From assembly GCA_965198115.1 (NCBI GenBank), contig OZ240241.1:864001-928000 (forward strand): a stretch of DNA of 64,000 nt, given 5' to 3'. Under the pieces are notes generated by a model. It was not told where the DNA came from. It did no database searches and saw only the letters and a list, made by a program, of their open reading frames with translations. Of this stretch, positions 10,082 through 21,373 are shown in pieces. The position numbers and the translations under genes are program-made. Positions within the stretch are counted from its first letter, which is position 1, and the number at the start of each line of letters is the position of its first letter. The DNA is from Candidatus Latescibacterota bacterium. Its GTDB lineage: Bacteria; Latescibacterota; UBA2968.

Positions 10082-11239
10082 GTGCAAGACGCATTTAAAG
10101 ACATCGAAACGAAAGCCATCCACGCAGGCGAGAAGATCGTTCGCGAAACAGGCTCGGTCGCACCCCCCATCTACCAGAGTGCCACCTTCACCTACTCGGG
10201 TGAAGGAAGCTACCACGACCTCCGCTACATTCGTCTCAACAACACACCCAGCCACATTGCCCTGCAGGAGAAGATCGCGGCGCTCTGCGGAGGCGAACGA
10301 TGCGTCGTCACGACGTCGGGCATGGCGGCGATCGCGACAGCTCTGCAAACATATCTCCACTCCGGCGATCACGCGCTGTTCCAGGACTGCCTCTATGGCG
10401 GGACCCACGGCCTGCTCGCTGACCTGCACGACATGGGTGTCGCCACGACGTCGATCGATGCGGGAGATCCCGACAGCTGGCAAGCGCAGTTGAGGGAGAA
10501 CACGCGGGTCATCTACGTCGAGGTTGTGACCAACCCGCTCCTCCGGGTTGCCGACCTTCGCGCCGTCACACGGTTCGCTCGAGAAAATGGCCTGGTCTCG
10601 ATGATCGACAACACGTTCGCGTCCCCGGTCAACTTCAACCCGCTCGAGCACGGATACGATATAGAAATCCACAGCGCCACGAAGTATCTGAATGGCCATT
10701 CCGACATCGTCGCCGGTTGCGTCGTGGGCTCCGCCCAACGTGTCGAATCCGTTCTCCACAAACTGAATCATCTCGGGGGGTGCCTCGATCCGCACGCCTG
10801 TTTTCTCCTACACCGAGGTTTGAAGACCCTGCCCGTCCGCGTGAGATGTCAAAACGAGAATGCCACTGTCCTGGCGAAATTTCTGGATGCCCATCCGGCG
10901 GTCGAACACGTCGTCTACCCAGGGCTCGTGACGCATCCGGACCACGACCGGGCAGCCGACCTGTTCCGCGGGTTCGGTGGTATGGTCAGCTTCCTGGCGC
11001 GTGGCGATACGGCGGCGGCCGATCGCGTTCTGTCCGGCCTGAGGTTGCCCGCAGTTGCTCCGAGTTTGGGCGGCGTCGAGTCCCTCGTGACGCGCCCTGC
11101 AACGACCACGCATAGTGGTCTGACGCCAGAGGAGAGACGGGAAATGGGGATCGAAGATCGATTGATACGGGTTTCGGTCGGCATCGAATCACCCGACGAT
11201 GTGTGCGCGGACTTCGATCACGCCCTCAGCAAGATCTGA
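10082..11239 (+). CDS. PLP-dependent Cys/Met metabolism enzyme (cystathionine gamma-synthase / methionine gamma-lyase family)
   Basis: PPIYQSATF, SGMAAI, DNTFASP, HSATKYLNGHSD (PLP lysine), SLGGVESL. Confidence 0.92.
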   Translation: MQDAFKDIETKAIHAGEKIVRETGSVAPPIYQSATFTYSGEGSYHDLRYIRLNNTPSHIALQEKIAALCGGERCVVTTSGMAAIATALQTYLHSGDHALFQDCLYGGTHGLLADLHDMGVATTSIDAGDPDSWQAQLRENTRVIYVEVVTNPLLRVADLRAVTRFARENGLVSMIDNTFASPVNFNPLEHGYDIEIHSATKYLNGHSDIVAGCVVGSAQRVESVLHKLNHLGGCLDPHACFLLHRGLKTLPVRVRCQNENATVLAKFLDAHPAVEHVVYPGLVTHPDHDRAADLFRGFGGMVSFLARGDTAAADRVLSGLRLPAVAPSLGGVESLVTRPATTTHSGLTPEERREMGIEDRLIRVSVGIESPDDVCADFDHALSKI

Positions 11240-12354
11240 TGGCTAGCCCGCGTGTCGCAGTCGTGGGCGCCGGGATTCTGGGAGCCTCCGTCGCCTACCA
11301 GCTCAGTCGCCGGGGCGCCGAAGTGACCGTGCTGGAGAAAGGCGAGCCCGGCCGATTGGCATCCAGGGCCTCTTTTGCCTGGATCAATAGCCGGGACAAG
11401 AACCCGCGGGAATACCACGACCTCAACCGTCGATCGCTCGATATGTGGCCGCGGTTCGCGCGTGGTCTGGGTGATGTGGGGCTCACGTGGGGAGGCGAGC
11501 TACGTTGGGCGGGGAGTCGATCGGGGGCAGAAGTCATCGAGTCGCGTGTCGCCTTGCTGCAGGAATGGGGTTATCCGATCCGGCTTCTGATCGAATCAGA
11601 TTTTCGCCATCTCGAGCCGGATATCCGCGTTCGCGACTTCTTTATCGCATCTTTCACCGAGGCCGATCTCCACGTCGATTCTCCGCGCGTGGTCGAGCGA
11701 TGTCTCGACGTCGCCCGGGAACACGGTGCGGCGGTCAGGACCGACTGCGAGGTGACCGGTTTTGGAACGACGGGCTCATCCGTGAGCCATCTGGACACGT
11801 CGACCGGGCGGGTCGAGTGCGACATCGTTGTTTTGGCGGCGGGTGCGTCGACCTCGGAACTGGCAAGATCCGCCGGCGTCAAGGCGCCGGTTTACGACAC
11901 GTTCGGCGCGACAGTGGTGACCACACCCGTCGAGTCCCTGTTCAGGTCCGTGGCTGTCGTGCACGGGCCCCGTGATGACCAAATTCCGATCAACGTGAGA
12001 CAGCTCTCAGACGGCCGGGCCGTCATACACGGGGGGCGCCACGGCGAAATGCACGACGAGTCCCAGGGCCGGAACGAGAGCGAAGCACGTGAACTCATTC
12101 AACACGCGTGTCGATATTTCTCCCAACTGGATCGAGCAACCGTCGACGAATTGAGACAGGCCCGACGACCGGTTCCGGAGGATGGTCAGTCGATCCTCGG
12201 ATTCAGCCATCGTCTCGACAACGTTTACATTGTGGCAACGCATTCAGGCGTCACTCTGGCTCCCCTGATCAGCGAGATGGCCACGTCCGAAATTCTCGAT
12301 GGAGCAGAAATCCAGACCCTGTCGCCTTTCAGACCCTCCCGGTTCGGAGACTGA
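11239..12354 (+). CDS. FAD-dependent oxidoreductase (DAO/glycine oxidase family)
   Basis: VVGAGILG, RPVPEDG, THSGVTLAP; translationally coupled (TGATG). Confidence 0.88.
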   Translation: MASPRVAVVGAGILGASVAYQLSRRGAEVTVLEKGEPGRLASRASFAWINSRDKNPREYHDLNRRSLDMWPRFARGLGDVGLTWGGELRWAGSRSGAEVIESRVALLQEWGYPIRLLIESDFRHLEPDIRVRDFFIASFTEADLHVDSPRVVERCLDVAREHGAAVRTDCEVTGFGTTGSSVSHLDTSTGRVECDIVVLAAGASTSELARSAGVKAPVYDTFGATVVTTPVESLFRSVAVVHGPRDDQIPINVRQLSDGRAVIHGGRHGEMHDESQGRNESEARELIQHACRYFSQLDRATVDELRQARRPVPEDGQSILGFSHRLDNVYIVATHSGVTLAPLISEMATSEILDGAEIQTLSPFRPSRFGD

Positions 12355-12649
12355 AGTGGAACAGACATAAGGCACCAAATGAGTGATTGCTATCTCGGTG
12401 GTCCACAGGAGTTGGCCGATTCACCCCTATCTGGGGGGACGATTCCTACCGATCGGTTGCAGTGAATGAGCAGGCCAACTGGTGCCCGCGATATCTTAGC
12501 CCAGTCCGTAGGACTGGGTTTAGGGTACAACCCCGCCAGTCCGCGTCGCTGTAACCAATAAACCAGGATGAGGCATTAGCCCCTCGGCGCTCTGTCGCCA
12601 AAGAACATATGACAGTCCATACCGAACACCCTCGCGTGGAGAAGACCTC

Positions 12650-13708
12650 ATGCACCGCGTCGCCCTGATCGGAAACCGCGCTCACCAGAACACCTACGGT
12701 CCTCGCTTCAAGGACCATCCGAACTGCGAAATCGTCGCACTTGCCGAGCACCACAAAGAGAAAGGGGCTGCCCTTTCCGAGCTATACGGCTTACCGTGTG
12801 AAGCCGACTATGATGCGGTTCTGGAGAAGGACGATGTGGATGTCGTCTGCATCGCCACGGATTTTTACCTGAAGCGGACCCTTGTGCCCCAAGCCGCAGC
12901 CTGCGGCAAACACATCTTTATCGACAAGAGCCTCGCACGCACGGTCGCCGAAGCCAAAGAGATCCAGGCGAGTGTTCAAGGCACAAACGTCAAGATTCTG
13001 CTCGCCTACCCGACGCGGTTCGTGCCTCCCTACAGGACGTTGGCCGATCGACTGCGCTCGGGCCAGTACGAGCGACCGGTTTCCTATGCCCACCACTTCA
13101 TTCGTCAGTTTCCCGAGGGGGATCTGATGGAATACGTCAGCTACCCGACGGAAGCCCGAATCAACGGTGGGGGCGAGCTGATGAATCTGGGAAGCCATCC
13201 CGTGGATCTGCTTCACTATGCGCTGGGCATGCCGAAGCGCGTCTATTCCAACTTCGAAACGGCTTACTGGGGCGATTACTACGATCAGTTCGGGACGGAG
13301 GACGTGGCTTCGATGTTGTGGGACTACGACGGGCTGACCGCCTACCTCACGGTGGGACGCAACCGCGTGGCTGCCGATGCCGTGGGGGGGTCGTCAAACA
13401 GCATCGACATCTGGTGCAAGGGCTTTCACGTTCACGCGACGCCACAAATCCTGCTCGAAAACGGCGAACCAGCGCTGGAGGATGCGGGGACGGCCGGGGG
13501 CGACGAATGCGTCGACCATTTCATCGAATGTATCGAGAAGGATCTGACGCCTATCTCGGGTGTCGACGACGGGCTGGCCGTTGCCGAAATCACGACCGCC
13601 GGCTATCAATCTGCTGCCATCGGAGAGTTCGTCGATCTCCCCCTGAAAGACGACCGTCATCCCATGCTGTCGGACGACGAACAGACGATCGAGGGGTTGC
13701 TGGATTGA
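12650..13708 (+). CDS. Gfo/Idh/MocA oxidoreductase
   Basis: Rossmann N-terminus, GKHIFIDKSLA, GGGELMNLGSHPVD. Confidence 0.88.
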   Translation: MHRVALIGNRAHQNTYGPRFKDHPNCEIVALAEHHKEKGAALSELYGLPCEADYDAVLEKDDVDVVCIATDFYLKRTLVPQAAACGKHIFIDKSLARTVAEAKEIQASVQGTNVKILLAYPTRFVPPYRTLADRLRSGQYERPVSYAHHFIRQFPEGDLMEYVSYPTEARINGGGELMNLGSHPVDLLHYALGMPKRVYSNFETAYWGDYYDQFGTEDVASMLWDYDGLTAYLTVGRNRVAADAVGGSSNSIDIWCKGFHVHATPQILLENGEPALEDAGTAGGDECVDHFIECIEKDLTPISGVDDGLAVAEITTAGYQSAAIGEFVDLPLKDDRHPMLSDDEQTIEGLLD

Positions 13709-13917
13709 ACGGCGCTGAAATTGGCCCGACGGGTCAGCTGGTCACGGATTGTTCTTCGGGAGGACCCTGTCGGGGCGCGGTCAACTAACGGGCCAAGGGC
13801 CCGTGATTCCTTAGCCCAGCCCAACGGGCCGGGGTTCACGGGCAGACGTATTTCAGCCGGCTGAAGGCCCGCGATAGGCCGCGCAACGAGCAGGTGATTC
13901 CATCACAGAGAGAGCGG

Positions 13918-14970
13918 ATGTCCAAATACAAGTCTGTTATCGTCGGTCTATCCGGTATCGGAGCCGGCCGGCCCGAGGAGCCCGAAGGGCTTCCCGTTTA
14001 CGGTGCGATGGCTCGGTCGCACGCGTCGGCCTATCATCGATGCCCCGATACCGACCTCGTCGCAGTTTGCGATCTGGACGAGAAGCGAGTGGCGGAAGGC
14101 CTCGACCGATGGGGTGACGTATGGCCCGGGCTGAAGGGTTACGTTGACTACCGGGAGATGCTGAATGTCGAGAAGCCGGATATCGTGAGCGTCGCAACAA
14201 GCGATCACCTGCACGCCGATATCGTGGTCGATGCGGCGGAGCGTAAGGTGCCGATGATCATCTGCGAGAAACCGATCGCCACGACGCTCGAGGACGCCGA
14301 TCGAATGATCGCGGCGGCCGACGCTAACAACGCGCTGCTTACGGTGGAGCACTCACGACGATGGCATCCGTCCTATCTGCAGGCGCGAGAGATCATCAGG
14401 AATGGAGTGATCGGCGAAGCCAGGACGGTCCTGTCGGAGATGTTCAGCCGGCGGGCGATGCTGTTCCGAAACGGCACGCACGCAGTCGATATGCTCTGTT
14501 TCCTCGCTCAGAGCGATCCGTCGTGGGTCGTGGCGGAGCTCGAAGATGGCTTCGATCACTTCACCGAGTACAGGAGCGATGGCGGACACGACCCCGCAAC
14601 GGATCCTTACGTGTCCGCCTACGTACGATTCGCGAATGGCGTGAGAGGATTCACGAACTACTACAAGGTCGATTTCCCCGGGTCGCAATGGACCGTGACC
14701 TGCGAGGGAGGACGAATCGAGGTGTCCGATCGGGAACTGAAGGTGATCACGGGAGAATCGTACAGGGAATGGACAGAGACGCCCTATCCCGTCGATTCCT
14801 ATGTTCACCAGCACTTCGGCGGCTTCGTTCCAGAAATGATTCACGTGCACGAAAACGGCGGCGACCTCGTGTCACCCGCACGTGAAGCACGTAAAACGCT
14901 CGAACTGATGCTCGGCATGCTCCGGTCCCACGAGCAGGGAAACAAGAGGGTCGATTTCCCGCTCGATTGA
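13918..14970 (+). CDS. Gfo/Idh/MocA oxidoreductase
   Basis: VAVCD, ICEKPIA, NGTHAVD. Confidence 0.9.
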   Translation: MSKYKSVIVGLSGIGAGRPEEPEGLPVYGAMARSHASAYHRCPDTDLVAVCDLDEKRVAEGLDRWGDVWPGLKGYVDYREMLNVEKPDIVSVATSDHLHADIVVDAAERKVPMIICEKPIATTLEDADRMIAAADANNALLTVEHSRRWHPSYLQAREIIRNGVIGEARTVLSEMFSRRAMLFRNGTHAVDMLCFLAQSDPSWVVAELEDGFDHFTEYRSDGGHDPATDPYVSAYVRFANGVRGFTNYYKVDFPGSQWTVTCEGGRIEVSDRELKVITGESYREWTETPYPVDSYVHQHFGGFVPEMIHVHENGGDLVSPAREARKTLELMLGMLRSHEQGNKRVDFPLD

Positions 14971-15232
14971 CCTGACAATGAAGACTTTCAACGCAGTGAA
15001 CGCTGAGAACTTGCAGGCCTCAGCCCTGAAAGGGCGGCATAGCCTAGCCCGGGGCGTCAGCCCCGGGATTTCGGAGGAGCCGCGAAAGGCCCGCCGCGGT
15101 TAGGAGATGCGTTTAAAGAGCAAGTCCTTCTTTCGGCGCACTATCGCGCACGCACGAGCCCAACCAAACTGGTTTTCCCGAACACCGAACACTTTTGTCG
15201 CGACCGATCAGACCGTTGTGTGATCTGTGGTT

Positions 15233-15967
15233 TCAATCCAGCAGTTGCCCACTATCCACGGTCGGGCACCAGAACTTTTCGATGAAGGAAACGACGAGTC
15301 GCGTGCCCTCTTCGTGTGGGACGTAAGGTGATCGCGCCGGATTGTACATCGTGTCTGTGAGATCCCCGATCAAGGCGACACGAACACCCCACCGCACCAT
15401 CGCTTTGATGCCGAACGTGCGATGCAGAACGCACATGTTGGTGTGGACCCCCATGATGAGCATTCGGTCGATGCCACGGTCGGCGTAGACGCTGTAGACT
15501 TCCTCCCCGTTGTCCGAGATCACGTCGTGACCGTCGTCGATGTCGATCGCGTTGTGCTGCTGTGTCCAGGCTTTGCTGGAATCGGTTTCACCCGTGTCCG
15601 AACCGCCGTCCGAATCGTCGATCGGGAGGGGCGGGTCATCACGGTCGGCCGGGGCGGGAGGCTGCGTCTGCGGCGTTGAGAGCACACGCTTGCGAGCCTC
15701 CGTGTCGGCATAGAAGTCGATCGTGTTCGATGGGGCGTGGACGATCAATCCGCCTCGATCTCTGACGGCTCTCGTGACGTCGTTCATCCGTCCCACCATC
15801 GCATCGAGACGCTCGACGGCTCCCCGGCACCAGTGACCGTTCCAGACATCGCAGAGCAGAAGCGCCGTCTTTTCGGATTTCCACGTTTCGGGTGTCTCTT
15901 CCGCGCTCCACACCGCGTGGCCATCGGCGTTTGTCGTGAGGCTCTGGGATCGTAACGTCAATTCCAT
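15233..15967 (-). CDS. Isochorismatase/cysteine hydrolase family protein
   Basis: TALLLCDVW, GVHTNMCV, DLTD. Confidence 0.82.
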   Translation of the reverse strand: MELTLRSQSLTTNADGHAVWSAEETPETWKSEKTALLLCDVWNGHWCRGAVERLDAMVGRMNDVTRAVRDRGGLIVHAPSNTIDFYADTEARKRVLSTPQTQPPAPADRDDPPLPIDDSDGGSDTGETDSSKAWTQQHNAIDIDDGHDVISDNGEEVYSVYADRGIDRMLIMGVHTNMCVLHRTFGIKAMVRWGVRVALIGDLTDTMYNPARSPYVPHEEGTRLVVSFIEKFWCPTVDSGQLLD

Positions 15968-16041
15968 TAGACAGCTCCTTTAACCAGTCTCAATCGGTGT
16001 GATCGGCGTGCTCTGCGGTTCCATCCTGAGCGAGGACGATC

Positions 16042-18476
16042 ATGAAGAAAGCAGTCATTACGGGTGAACGCCAGGGCGGCGTGATCGAGGCGCCCGATCC
16101 GATCGCCCGCGAAGATTGGGCGGTCATAAAAACGGCTATATCCGGATCTCTCAACGAGATGAAGTGGGTGAAGGTGCCGTGGTTCCTGGCATGGGGGCGC
16201 GGTTAGCGTGTGCGGAACCTCTTCGGAATCTGCTCAGGGATGTTTATGTCTCCGACGGTAAGGAAGATCATATCGTTGAATGCGTCGAGTGTGCGGAATC
16301 CGCTGGCTCGGTTCTTGACGATTTGGACGATTCGGTTGAGGCCTTCGGCGATGGCGTTGGTAAGACGCGTGTTCACGAATGCGAGGACGCCGAAGAAGTG
16401 CTGTCGCAGGGTCCTGACGAACTTTCGCAGGGGTTCAAGTCGACTTCTGAGTGCGGACGTCGTCCAGCATTTCAGGAAGCGTTCGGCAGCCCAGGGCGCT
16501 TTGTATTCCCAGAACTGCTCGAACTCGTCCTTGAGTCTCCAGGCTCTATAGATTCGGTAGTTCGCCTTCTCCAGTGCTTTGAGTGTCCGAGTATCCCCTC
16601 TGGAGCGTGTCGCTGAGTGCCGGTAGAGGAGCCATCGGAGGCCCTTCATGGCTTTGCGCTCATCCGGGGCAGCTTTACGCCACTGGTCCTTACGGACCTC
16701 GTCAACGGCGGCATTGAGAGCCTTGACGATGTGAAAGCGATCGAGGACCAGCTTGGCATTCGGACAGTGTTCCTGGATGGCTCCGATGTAAGCTTCGCTC
16801 ATGTCGCAGCAGGCCCACTCGATCTTGGATCTCCGGTAGGGACTGAGAGCCTCTGTGAAGAACCGATCGATCGTTTTACGCGCCCTGCCGCGGCCAACCC
16901 ACACCACGCAGGAGCGGTCCAGATCGTAAACGAGCGTGGCGTACCTGTGACGCTTGGCGTAGGAGATCTCGTCGATCCCGATGGTTTTGAGCCCTCGGAT
17001 ACGATGACCTTCACGAAGCCGCGTGATGGATCGGTGAAGGAGATCCGACAGCGTCGAGGCAGAGATGCGCAGTAACTCGGACGCCGCCTTCTGCGTCATG
17101 GTCTGGCAGTAGCGCAGCATGGCATACTCGAAGCGATACGTCACCCGAGAGAACCGCTCCGCCCACGGAATCTCCTGACCACACGACCGTGGGTAGGACA
17201 CCGAATCTCCCGAGGATGGTAGAGAAGCCAGACCCTCCACCCGCACACCGGAATGTCACGCCACCGACGCGGATGGGGCATTGTGCGGACGATTTTACCT
17301 CGACGGCCGCACTCCGGACAACAACAACCATTCTTATGTGGCTTTACGGCGATGACGAAACAGCTTCTCCCCTCAAACCACCAGCTGACAACACGGAACC
17401 CCTTGAATCTCAGCAGTTTCGATAGTAATCTGCTCCCGGTCATAGGTCGCACCCCCTTCGCTTTGATTGTCCTACACACACAACCAAGCGTAGGGAACGA
17501 TCTATGACCTTGTCATTCTATAGTTTCACCGTTGAGAAACCCGGATAGAGCCAAAAAAATACACGCTGCTCCGATGTGTACCGAGTACAAGCGTTACATC
17601 TCCGGCCAGCCATCAGAGTCCCTCGGCCACGAGGCCGCTGGTGAGATCGTCGATGTGGCCCAGCCTGGCCGCGTCTCCCCGGGCGATCGCGTCGTCGTCA
17701 TGCCGCAGTTCCCGTGTGGGCGATGCGCCCTCTGCGTGTCGGGGGACTACATCCACTGTGAGAATGTCGTGGACTTTTCTGGCGAAGGGAGGGCCACGAT
17801 GGCTCAGCTGATGGTCAAACCGGATTGGATTCTGCCGGCAATTCCGGATGACATTTCCTACGATCACGCGTCGATGGCGTGCTGCGGTCTGGGGCCGACG
17901 TTCGGGGCACTCGAGCGGATGGGTGTTCTGCCTGGGGAAACGCTGTTGATCACCGGGCTCGGGCCCGTCGGTCTCGGAGGCGTCGTGAACGGAACGGACC
18001 GCAATGCACGTGTCGTGGCGGTCGACATCAACGAGTGGCGGAGAAGTCGAGCACTCGAACTCGGAGCCGAGGTGGCGTTCACCCCGGATCAGGCTCTCGA
18101 GGAAATCCGCGAATGGACATCTGGACTCGGTGTCGATACTGCCGTCGATTGCTCTGGCGCGCCGGCGGCGCATCGTCTGGGCATCGATGGCCTCAGGCGA
18201 CGCGGACGTCTCGCGTTCGTCGGAGAGTGCAGCGAAGATACGGTGATTCGCATCAGTACCGACATGATAAGGAAGGGGATTACGCTACACGGGTCCTGGC
18301 ACTACAACCTGAGCCTGTTTCCGCGTCTGATGGGGGTCGTGCGACGGAACGCGGACAAGTTGGAGTCTCTGATCAGCCACCGATTCGAGATCGACCACGT
18401 GCAGGACGCGTGGGAGCTGCAGACGACGGGGGAGTGTGCGAAGGTGATTCTCAAGCCGTGGGGGTTGGGTGTATAG
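16042..18476 (+). pseudogene. Zinc-dependent alcohol dehydrogenase (MDR) split by ISL3
   Basis: MKKAVITG...DWAVIK (16042-16133) rejoins IHAAPMCTEY...GHEAAG...CGRCALC...GLGPVG after 17552. Confidence 0.9.
16134..17552 (-). mobile_element. ISL3-family IS (1419 bp), transposase frameshifted
   Basis: Same IRs as the 5336 copy; 1-bp deletion near 17177; imperfect TSD ATAAAAAC/AAAAAAAT. Confidence 0.95.
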
Positions 18477-19488
18477 GTGTGCCATCATTGGCGTCGGTCA
18501 GAACCGGTCCAGGGGTTTGGCGGATGCATATCGGCTGATTGAACGGGGTGACCTCGTGGCCGTCTCGGCTCGAACGCCCGAGAACCTGGAGGCGTTCGCA
18601 GACCAATTCGGCGTGCTTACCCGCTACACGGACTATCACGAGATGTTCGAGCGAGAGAAACTCGATCTCGTGCACGTCAACACGCCGCCGGATGTGAGGC
18701 TGAAGATCATGGCAGCGGCCGAGGCAGCGGGCGTGCCTTCGCTTATCGTGGAGAAACCGCTCGCGGTTCAGGGCGAGGATGCGCGGGCGATCGAGGACTT
18801 CTCCCGGAGCGCGCGCGTGAAGGTGACCATCAACCACCAGCTTCACTTCCAGCCACGGCGATTCGAACTGCAGGAAAGGGTTCGAGAGGGTGCGATCGGC
18901 GACATCAGGCTGATCGATGCAAGCTGCGGGATGAACGTTGCCTACCAGGGGACACACGCGTTGCAGGCGATCGGAGCGTTCAATCAGGACGGGATGCCGA
19001 TCAGCGTGTTCGGTCAGGTGAGCGGCAGCGAGGGACTCGAAGACACACCCAAGAAGCACCTGGCGCCCGACAGTGCTTCAGCCGTGATCGGCTACGACAA
19101 TGGCGTTCAGGCGCTTTTGCAAAGTGGCGTCACGGCGCCTCGGGTCGGCAGAGACAGGATCAGCACCCACAAGCGGATTGCCGTCTACGGATCACGCGGC
19201 TACATCCACTGGACCATGTGGGCCTGGGAGACTTCGATTGACGGAAGGGTGGAAACAGGAGCGCACGAATACCCGGAAGAAGATATCGTTGGCCAGGCGG
19301 CGATGACCGAGGCGATGTTCGATTGGCTCGAGAGCGAGGACAACCCACATCCTCTCCGCCTCGAACTCGCTCTCCGGGACTTCAACATCATCATGGGTCT
19401 CTACACGAGCGCGCTCGAACACCGCGTGGTCGACCTGCCATTCGAGCCGCCGAACAACCTCATCGAAAAACTCCGTACTCGTCTTTAA
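18469..19488 (+). CDS. Gfo/Idh/MocA oxidoreductase
   Basis: CAIIGVG, VEKPLA, QGTH. Confidence 0.88.
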   Translation: MYRCAIIGVGQNRSRGLADAYRLIERGDLVAVSARTPENLEAFADQFGVLTRYTDYHEMFEREKLDLVHVNTPPDVRLKIMAAAEAAGVPSLIVEKPLAVQGEDARAIEDFSRSARVKVTINHQLHFQPRRFELQERVREGAIGDIRLIDASCGMNVAYQGTHALQAIGAFNQDGMPISVFGQVSGSEGLEDTPKKHLAPDSASAVIGYDNGVQALLQSGVTAPRVGRDRISTHKRIAVYGSRGYIHWTMWAWETSIDGRVETGAHEYPEEDIVGQAAMTEAMFDWLESEDNPHPLRLELALRDFNIIMGLYTSALEHRVVDLPFEPPNNLIEKLRTRL

Positions 19489-19555
19489 GTCCCACCATTA
19501 CCGCTTTTCCCGAACACCGAACACCGAAACCTCGAAGGCAACTGCAGGGCCTCGT

Positions 19556-20626
19556 TCAAAGCCCCAACCGATCAACCACCTGATCGACCGGAAGCGCCTC
19601 TCGCGTATTCCCGTCCCTGCCAACCACTCGTTCGGCTTTGAACATCGAATTCAGGATGGCCTCTTCGGTCGCATCGGCCACGGCCGGGAAGACCTCGCCG
19701 ATCAGTCCCCGGTCCTCTCTGAGGGCATCTCGAAGCGCTGTTCGTTTGGAGTTTCGAAAAGTCGTCGAGAAAAGCGATTACGTAGTCGCCGCTCCCGTGA
19801 CCCCCACGTGAGCCCGTCCTCGCGAGCCCGAAAGTGGCTCGACGAGCAGTTCTTTGCAGCAGGTGACCCGACAGGGGGAGGTCGGTCGCTACGATCATCA
19901 TGATCGACGCGCCATCGACCGGATCCTCTTGCTCGGGTGATAGATCCGGCATCTGAACCCCATCGATCGTGAGTAGACCTCCGAAGTTCGATTGGACGAG
20001 CACACCCACCATTCCGGATTCACCCTCGATATCCACAACACGAGACGATGTTTCGATCCCGCCCTTCCAACCCAGGCAACTCATACCCAGGCCGCCGCCA
20101 ACCGCACCCTCATCCACAGGTCCATCAGCTGCTGACCGGATGGCTTCTACGGCGTGCTCGGGACGGACGTGAAGCCCGCCGATGTCGTTCAGGAAGGCGT
20201 CCGATGTCTCGCCGACGACGGGGTTGAACCACGGAATACTGGCAGCGTCCTGGAAGACGTGCTCACCATGAAGCGCACGATGCCCTCGAAGACCGTCCCG
20301 ACGCTCAACGTATTCGTTAAACAGATCGGTGTTTCGATACGGGCATACTCGTCGATGCACGAGAGACCTGCGGTCGTACCCGATCCGTTCCACGTGAACT
20401 GCGCCGCCTCGACAGGGTGGCTCCACCAGTCGTCGCCAGGCGGAAGAATCGCTGTCACGCCCGTTCGAATGGGACCTTCACCGATCCGGAGGGGGCCATC
20501 GCCCCCGATCAGGGTGACGTGACCGACTCGGACGCCGGGCACATCCGTAATCGCGTTGTGCTCTCCGGGTTTGAGACCACCAATCTGGATGCCGACGTCT
20601 CTAGCTCGTGGCCTACCTGATGCCAT
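19556..20626 (-). pseudogene. dmpA: DmpA/peptidase S58 (P1) aminopeptidase with at least two frameshifts
   Basis: NAITDVPGVRVGH, RTGVTAILP, EGAVGGG, VQSNFG, SIMMIVATD, SGDYVIAF and ATEEAILN distributed over different frames. Confidence 0.85.
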
Positions 20627-21373
20627 CGCTCCTCACTCAGGTACGGGCCGTGGGTCGGGATCCAGAACGATCGCGGGCGGTGTACGCATGATGATGTCGT
20701 GGCTGCCTGGGATTGCCGCTGGGGCTCCCCGTTCATTGATCGACCAGTTCGTAGACCGATGCCCTAGCACGCGGTCATCACCGATCCTGAGGGATCTCCA
20801 CGGTAGCATAAGAGCGGCCAAGGAGAAGAAAACATAAACTGACTCCGTAAGCAGGTTCATTCCGAACAACCTGATGACGCGATCATCGGAGAGAGAAGGG
20901 GTGGATAAATGCGTCTCGACTGGGCACCCGTGAAATGGTGTGGAGCCTTTCCGTCTGCGAGGCTCTTGCTAGAACAACATAGCTCGCATTGTCGCCGATT
21001 GGTGAGAGAGTTCAGGTGTCAGAACATTGGTAGCCAACAGGATGAGTTGAATTACGGCTATCGCTTGGTGCGATGTGAAATGTCTTCGGGAAGGAAGTGA
21101 CCATACCTTTTCCTTTTTACTCTGGGCACGTGGTCTCAGTCCCAACAACAATAGACTTGTGAGTCAGAGTTCGTTCAATCCCCAAAATTGTTTTCACTCG
21201 TCATAGGTAGATATCCGATCGAAATCATGGGTCGTAGATCACCGTATTGTGGGGTCTTCATCGTGGAGCATTCCGATTTGTCCTATGTTGTCCCAATATA
21301 TCTCCTTGGAATCTGTTCTCAAGTAGAGTTCACGATTTCCGATAAGTGCCTTCCGATAGAAAGGCTTAAATGT

